NCBI GenBank assembly: GCA_030390025.1 | Contig: JASTWF010000080.1 | Span: 1-64,000 of the forward strand | DNA from: Squalus acanthias | Lineage: Eukaryota | Reading direction: 5' to 3' | Length of the DNA stretch: 64,000 nucleotides | Shown: positions 57,809 through 64,000 of the stretch, piece by piece | Position numbering within the stretch: position 1 is the first letter of the stretch | Layout of the letters: every line of letters starts with the position of its first letter | Position numbers and translations under genes: made by a program | Notes under the pieces: model-generated | The model's database searches: none | What the model was told of the DNA's origin: nothing | What the model saw: only the letters and a program-made list of their open reading frames with translations

Positions 57809-59001
57809 CACCCTCAATCACTTCCTCTCTCCATTTTACACATCCCCTTAATTATCATTCATATCTCATTCATGAGCCTTGGAGGAACTTTACTGTCCAG
57901 TACAATATTTAAGATTGAAAACATAGATCAAACATTCTCACTTGGTCCAAGCTATTAACACTTTTTATTGATCAATATTTTAGAGGATCTTTTATTTTCC
58001 CAAAAGTAACCCAATATATAGTGCCTGAGTCCATTTTGTCATTTCAAAATTATCCCAAAATCCAAACAGCAGTACTGTTAAACTGAAAGGTTTTGTCAAT
58101 GTTCAATTTCATTTCTATCAATTTATCTTCCATTTCTAATTTCAGAAACAAATGATTTCCAGGCTAGGTGGTTTACACAGTGTTTTAACATTAGAGACAG
58201 AAGTGCTGCAATAAGTTTACAAGGTAACTTCCATATAACAAAAGAAAGCAGAGAATCCATTGTGGCTCTGCTTAAGAGCCCAAGGGGTTAATTTATCAAA
58301 TCATAATTTTCCTTCTGTCACTCTGGGGAAATATTAACTTAAAATTAAGAAACTTAAATTTAATAATGTCCAATATCTTTAAATTTCATTCAGCAATACT
58401 AAAGTTGTTGCTCGGTGAACTTAAACAGCTGTCAGTGGAAAGGGTTAACTCCTTTGCAGGTTTTTAACAAGGCGGAGCGAAACATTGTTAGGCGCACGCA
58501 ATTGCGCCACTTCACGTAAATTTAAAAAATCTTTCCCGATCGAAAAAGACAGTTGTGTTTTCACACTTTAACTGAACACGAACAGAACAGATAAAACAAA
58601 ACAAAACAGCACATGCTTGCAGGAAACAGTAAATTACGTCATATTTCTTATTGTCCTTTCTTCAGATGCCTTTCCAAATAACTGTAAAAACATTGAATAC
58701 AACTGGAGAAAAATTCGTTTTTCACATTTAAACAAATCAAATCAAACTGCTTTGGAAGATTTCACCATAGCAACCACGATTCCAAGGTTAAATCTTAGAC
58801 GGAAACTTAATCTTTTGTTAAACAAACTTTTTGTTTTTCTCAGTTTTTCCACACCAGCTTAAATTAAATTGTAATTCAAGGTTTTCTTTCCAATTCTTGG
58901 GGCACAATCTTATTCACACATTCTTAAAACTTCCAAAATCCAACACAAAAGGGTTAAATGCTTTTAACACAGAGATGTGGGTGGAGCTAAAACACACATA
59001 A

Positions 59002-60978
59002 TAAGAACATATAAGAACATAAGAAATAGGAGCAGGAGTAGGCCAATCGGCCCCTCGAGCCTGCTCCGCCATTCAATAAGATCATGGCTGATCTGATCCT
59101 AACCGCCAATCTACTATCACAGAACCATCTCCTGAATCTAACAGAATTGCACACACGAAATAGGAGCAGAATCAGGCTACACAGTCCCTGGGCCCGCTCC
59201 ACTACCCACAGGGCCATGACCGATCCGAACCTAGACTCATGTCCAAATTCCTGCCCGCTCCCCGTAACCCTTAATGCCCTTTACTTCTAGGAAACTGTCT
59301 ATTTCTGTTTTAAATTTAATTAATGTTGTAGCTTCTACAGCTTTTTGTGGCAGCATATTCCATGGACCTACCACCCTCTGAGTGAAGTAGTTCCTCCTCA
59401 TCTCAGTTTTGAAAGAGCAGCCCCTTATTCTAAGACTATGTCCCCTAGTTCTCGTCTCACCCGTCATCGGGAACATCCTCCCCGCATCCACCCGATCCAA
59501 CCCCTTCACAATCTTATATGTTTCAATAAGATCGCCTCTCATTCTTCTGAACTCCAATGAGTAGAGTCCCAATCTACCCAACCTCTCCTCATATGACCAC
59601 CCCCTCATCCCCGGGATTAACCGAGTGAACCTTTTTTGCACTGCCTCGAGAGCAAGGATGTCTTTCCTTAAGTAAGGACACCAAAACTGTATGCAGTATT
59701 CCAGGTGCGGTCTCACCAATACCTTGTACAACTGAAGCAATACCTCCCTATTTTTATATTCTATCCCCCTAGCAATGAAAGCCAACATTCCATTTGCCTT
59801 CTTAATCACTTGCTGCACCTGCATACTAACCTTTTGAGTTTCGTGCACCAGGACCCCCAGATCCCTTTGCACTTCAGTACTCTCCAGTTTCTTGCCATTA
59901 AGATAATAAATTGCTTTAGGATTTTTCCTGCCAAAGTGCATCACCTCACACTTTCCAGTGTTGTATTCCATCTGCCAAATCTCTGCCCACTTACTTAGCC
60001 TGTCTATGTCCCCTTGCAGGTTTTTTATGTCCTCCTCACTCACTACTTTCCCTCCCATCTTTGTATCATCTGCAAATTTTGATATGTTACACTTGGTCCC
60101 TTCCTCCAAATCGTTAATATAGATTGTGAAGAGTTGGGGACCCAGCACTGACCCCTGTGGAACACCACTAGTTACTGATTGCCAGTCTGAGAATGAACCA
60201 TTTATCCCAACTCTTTGCTTTCTGTTAGATAGCCAATCCTCTATCCATGCCAGAATATTACCCCCAATCCCGTGATTTTTTACCTTAAGCAATAATCTTT
60301 TGTGTGGCACCTTGTCAAATGCCTTTTGGAAGTCTAAATACACTACGTCCACTGGTTCCCCTTTATCCACTCTATATGTTACTTCCTCAAAGAACTCCAG
60401 CAAATTTGTCAAACATGACTTCCCCTTCGTAAAACCATGCTGACTTTGTCCTATTAAATTATGATTATCCAAATGTCCTGTTACTGTTTCCTTAATAATG
60501 GACTCCAAAATTTTACCTACCACAGATGTTAGGCTAACCGGTCTATAGTTACCAGCCTTCTGTCTACTGCCCTTTTTAAATAAGGGTGTTACATTAGCAG
60601 TTTTCCAGTCTGCCGGGACCTTAGCGGAATCCAGGGAGTTTTGAAAAATTATTACCAATGCATCTACAATCCCTACCGCCACTTCCTTCAAGACTCTAGG
60701 ATGTAAGCCATCAGGTCCAGGTGATTTATCCGCCTTGAGTCCCATTATTTTACCGAGTACCACTTCCTTAGTGATTTTGATCGTGTTTAGCTCCTCTCCC
60801 CCTATAGCACCCCTGTTTGTCCAGTGTTGGGATATTCTTAGTGTCCTCTACTGTAAAGACTGATACAAAATATTCATTCAGTGTTTTTGCCATCTCCATA
60901 TTTCCCAACATTAATTTCCCGGTCTCATCCTCTAAGGGACCAACATTTACTTTAGCCACCCTTTTTCTTTTTATATAA
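59002..60978 (-). mobile_element. Young 5'-truncated CR1 LINE (508-aa open RT frame), copy C only
   Basis: ORF 59237-60763 KSPGPDGLHPRVLKE...NYRPVSLTS...FADDTK; ATAAGAAC tail; empty site near 39712 and 11190. Confidence 0.93.
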
Positions 60979-62291
60979 CTTTTTGTTTTAAAGACAAACT
61001 TTCAGACAAAAGGAATACTGTAACTTCTTAAACATTGTCAGGAAAACTTTCACACTTTAACACACACTTCCACACAAACTGAAATTCCAGCATTTTTTTA
61101 AGGTTCCTTTCACTCAGCAAATCTTGTGTTTTATTTGTTTCAGCACAGACGTTAATAACTTCCATGTCAGTGAAACTTTAAGTTTCTCTTTTTATTTCTT
61201 TTTTTAAATCGACGTCTCAGCAGCTTTTCCTGGCTTTCCAAATCCCTGTTTTTTCCCTTTCTTTGCTGAATTTTCAGATTGGTTAGCCTGCAATTTAGAT
61301 TTTTTTCCTTCTCTATCTCCCCCCTCTCTCTCCTGCACTTTATGCTTCACCTCCTTCAGGCTATCTATCAACTGTTCCTGGTGATATGCCAACGCCATTG
61401 TATTTCTGGTTTTACTTTTTAACACACTCTTTCCCGCTCCCTTCTTTCAGAGAGAAAAACACTCAGTCTAAACAACAATCACGTGCGTTTGACCAAGTCC
61501 CTCTGGTCCCCACAACCAGAACCTTACAACTCTGTGATCCCACTTCTGACACCACTGTAAGATTTGGATCACAGGTCACACACAGATTACCCAAAGGTTC
61601 TTAGGAGTTGTAAGGCTTTTTATTAAAGAGCTACAGTTTAAAGCATAATCAGATATTGCTACATGTGATTGAAATAGATACAGTAGACACACAACCCGTG
61701 ACAGATGAGGGCGATCTACGGCCCTAGAATGGAACGAAACAACCGGACAGACGGGGAGGCAGTACGGTGGTCTCGGATTGGGTGGATTCCTGCAGTCTGC
61801 GGTCACTTCCGTTGGGTCATCCCTCGAGCTGTTGGAGGTGTTAGGCCGCAGCCACCTTGGGGAAGCCTTCGCCCCTAACTGCCTGATTTCCTCTCTCGGT
61901 CGTCTACTTTTATAGTTATTGCGGTGGGCTGGTGATTACCTGGTGTCAATCATTTGTTCCCCATCCCATTGTCCAATTACAAGGGAGAGATTACCTATGA
62001 CAGCCCCCTCCTAGTCTCATGAGGTCATTTTCCTCCTTATCTCTGTTCTAAAGGTCTTGTTGGCCTCTTGTAGACAGCTTATTTATCCTCCAGCTCCTTG
62101 CTGCATCTCGTATCAGGCCTAGTTATGCCCACTCGAAGGCCTGTTTTTGTGTTCGGACCTCGTAATTCAGCTCTCTGTACAGCTATTTTTCTGACATGAC
62201 TGGAATCTTTCTGTGTCATCAACTTAGGCAAACTGCTGATCGAGGGAACCCGTAACAGACTATTATTTCTTTCAATCCATGATTTCTTACA

Positions 62292-63177
62292 AGTGTCTGG
62301 GAGGGTGAGACGGGGTCAGGAGGGGAGTGAGATTAGTCTGACCGGGTTGAACAGGGTCTGGAAGGGTGAGACGGGGTCAGGAGGGGAGTGAGATTAGTCT
62401 GACAGGGTTGAACAGTGTCTGGGAGGGTGAGTCGGGGTCAGGAGGGGGAGTGAGATTAGTCTGACAGGGTTTAACAGTGTCTGGGAGGGTGAGACGGGGT
62501 CAGGAGGGGAGTGAGATTAGTCTGACAGGGTTTAACAGTGTCTGGGAGGGTGAGACGGGGTCAGGAGGGGAGTGAGATTAGTCTGACAGGGTTTAACAGT
62601 GTCTGGGAGGGTGAGACGGGATCAGGAGAGGAGTGAGATTAGTCTGACAGGGTTTAACAGTATCTGGGAGGGTGAGACGGGGTCAGGAGGGGGAGTGAGA
62701 TTAGTCTGACAGGGTTTAACAGTGTCTGGGAGGGTGAGACGGGGTCAGGAGGGGAGTGAGATTAGTCTGACAGGGTTTAACAGTGTCTGGGAGGATGAGA
62801 TGGGGTCAGGAGGGGAGTGAGATTAGTCTGACAGGGTTTAACAGTGTCTGGGAGGATGAGATGGGGTCAGGAGGGGATTGAGATTAGTCTGACAGGGTTT
62901 AACAGTGTCTGGGAGGATGAGATGGGGTCAGGAGGGGAGTGAGATCAGCCTGACAGGGTTTAACAGTGTCTGGGAGGGTGAGACGGGGTCAGGAGCGGAG
63001 TGAGATTAGTCTGACAGGGTTTAACAGTATCTGGGAGAGTGAGATGGGGTCAGGAGGGGAGTGAGATTAGTCTGACAGGGTTTAACAGTGTCTGGGAGGG
63101 TGAGATGGGGTCAGGAGGGGAGTGAGATTAGTCTGACAGGGTTTAACAGTGTCTGGGAGGGTGAGACGGGGTCAGGA
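62292..63177. repeat. 61-bp minisatellite, about 14 copies
   Basis: Direct tandem repeat. Confidence 0.95.
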
Positions 63178-64000
63178 TCAAGGGATAATTACTAGCCCTA
63201 GCCCATTTGTGGCTACCCCGGATCAGGCATATTTCTCAGATGTTCACTTTCAACTATAGTTTGGGTTAGCTGCATCCGAAAGACGCTTAATTGGGTGTAA
63301 AGGTCCGGACTATCTCTCCCTAAAGGAAAGGAACAACTCGAGAATGTTACCGTCCTCCAGATAGCACTTTTAATAAGTTTAGCTAGACTGTAACGTTCCG
63401 GATATTATGAGGGTCCGGAAAACTCCCCCAGAATTCTGCAACTCCTCACCAAAGAGTGTACAGAGATTGAGTATGCGAGTTTTTGATGCAGAAGTCTTGT
63501 GAGACAATTCTAAAAATATATAGATTTATTAAAGAACCGGCATGCAATTTACAGTTGGTGAATCAATCGCAACATGAACAGTTCCAAAAAGAGAAAACAT
63601 ACGATCATTTTAACAGAGAATCTTACTTTCAAATCTTAACTTCGCTACAGTATTACAGTTCTTAAAGTGTTCCACAGAATATCCACCAATATCAAATACC
63701 TTTGATCCCCGAGGTACAAAGAGCTGAAGCCGAGAATCGCTTTGCCTGATTAAAGCGAGTCTGTTATCCCATTTGAGAGTTCAATATTTATATCCTTTTC
63801 CAGTGGTATTTCCTTTAAAGTTTTCTGCTGATGCAAGCTAATTATCTCTAGTCATTTTTCTGCCAACCTCTGCAACTCTTACAGCCACCTCAGCCAGAAT
63901 CATGTCTCATCTCTAGGTGTTCTAAGTTTACCATATAAAAACAGTGTGACAGCAGGTGTTCCTTACTTTATGTCATCTTTACGAGGGCAGATGTTCCTTA
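63178..64000 (-). mobile_element. Second copy of the endogenous foamy virus 3' LTR (runs off the window)
   Basis: Near-identical to 12712-13535 with the same junction ggggtcAGGA|tcaagggat. Confidence 0.92.

Larger units (their letters stand above)
53811..62291 (-). mobile_element. LTR retroelement remnant with dissimilar LTRs, copy C
   Basis: 3' LTR 53811-54524, PBS 61537-61554, 5' LTR 61556-62291. Confidence 0.8.

Overview
Vertebrate genomic DNA, very probably from a cartilaginous fish (inferred from HE1/V-SINE, Deu-type SINE, shark-type CR1, Tx1, Penelope and Harbinger repeats). The window is a head-to-tail array of roughly 21-28 kb units. Each unit carries a minus-strand non-classical MHC class I heavy-chain gene. 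Two genes have a full leader/alpha1/alpha2/alpha3/TM exon set with open frames and GT-AG phase-1 junctions (19285-31283 and 41383-51902). A third is seen only as promoter plus leader (3687-4024), and a fourth is implied beyond the right edge. Both complete genes lack the two canonical alpha2 cysteines and several N-terminal peptide anchors, keep an S-X-Y promoter module with an upstream ISRE-like site, and differ from each other mainly in the groove helices. Every junction between genes holds the same ~5 kb LTR retroelement remnant, which has two unrelated LTRs, a tRNA-Leu PBS and no TSD. Two of the three junctions also carry an endogenous foamy (spuma) virus at the same site: one with two LTRs, RNase H/integrase and a 4-bp TSD, the other seen only as an LTR at the window edge. 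Introns and spacers are packed with minisatellites and nested CR1, SINE, Penelope and Harbinger insertions whose presence/absence pattern records unequal crossing-over. All coordinates and alignments were read by eye; family assignments come from recalled motifs, not database searches.
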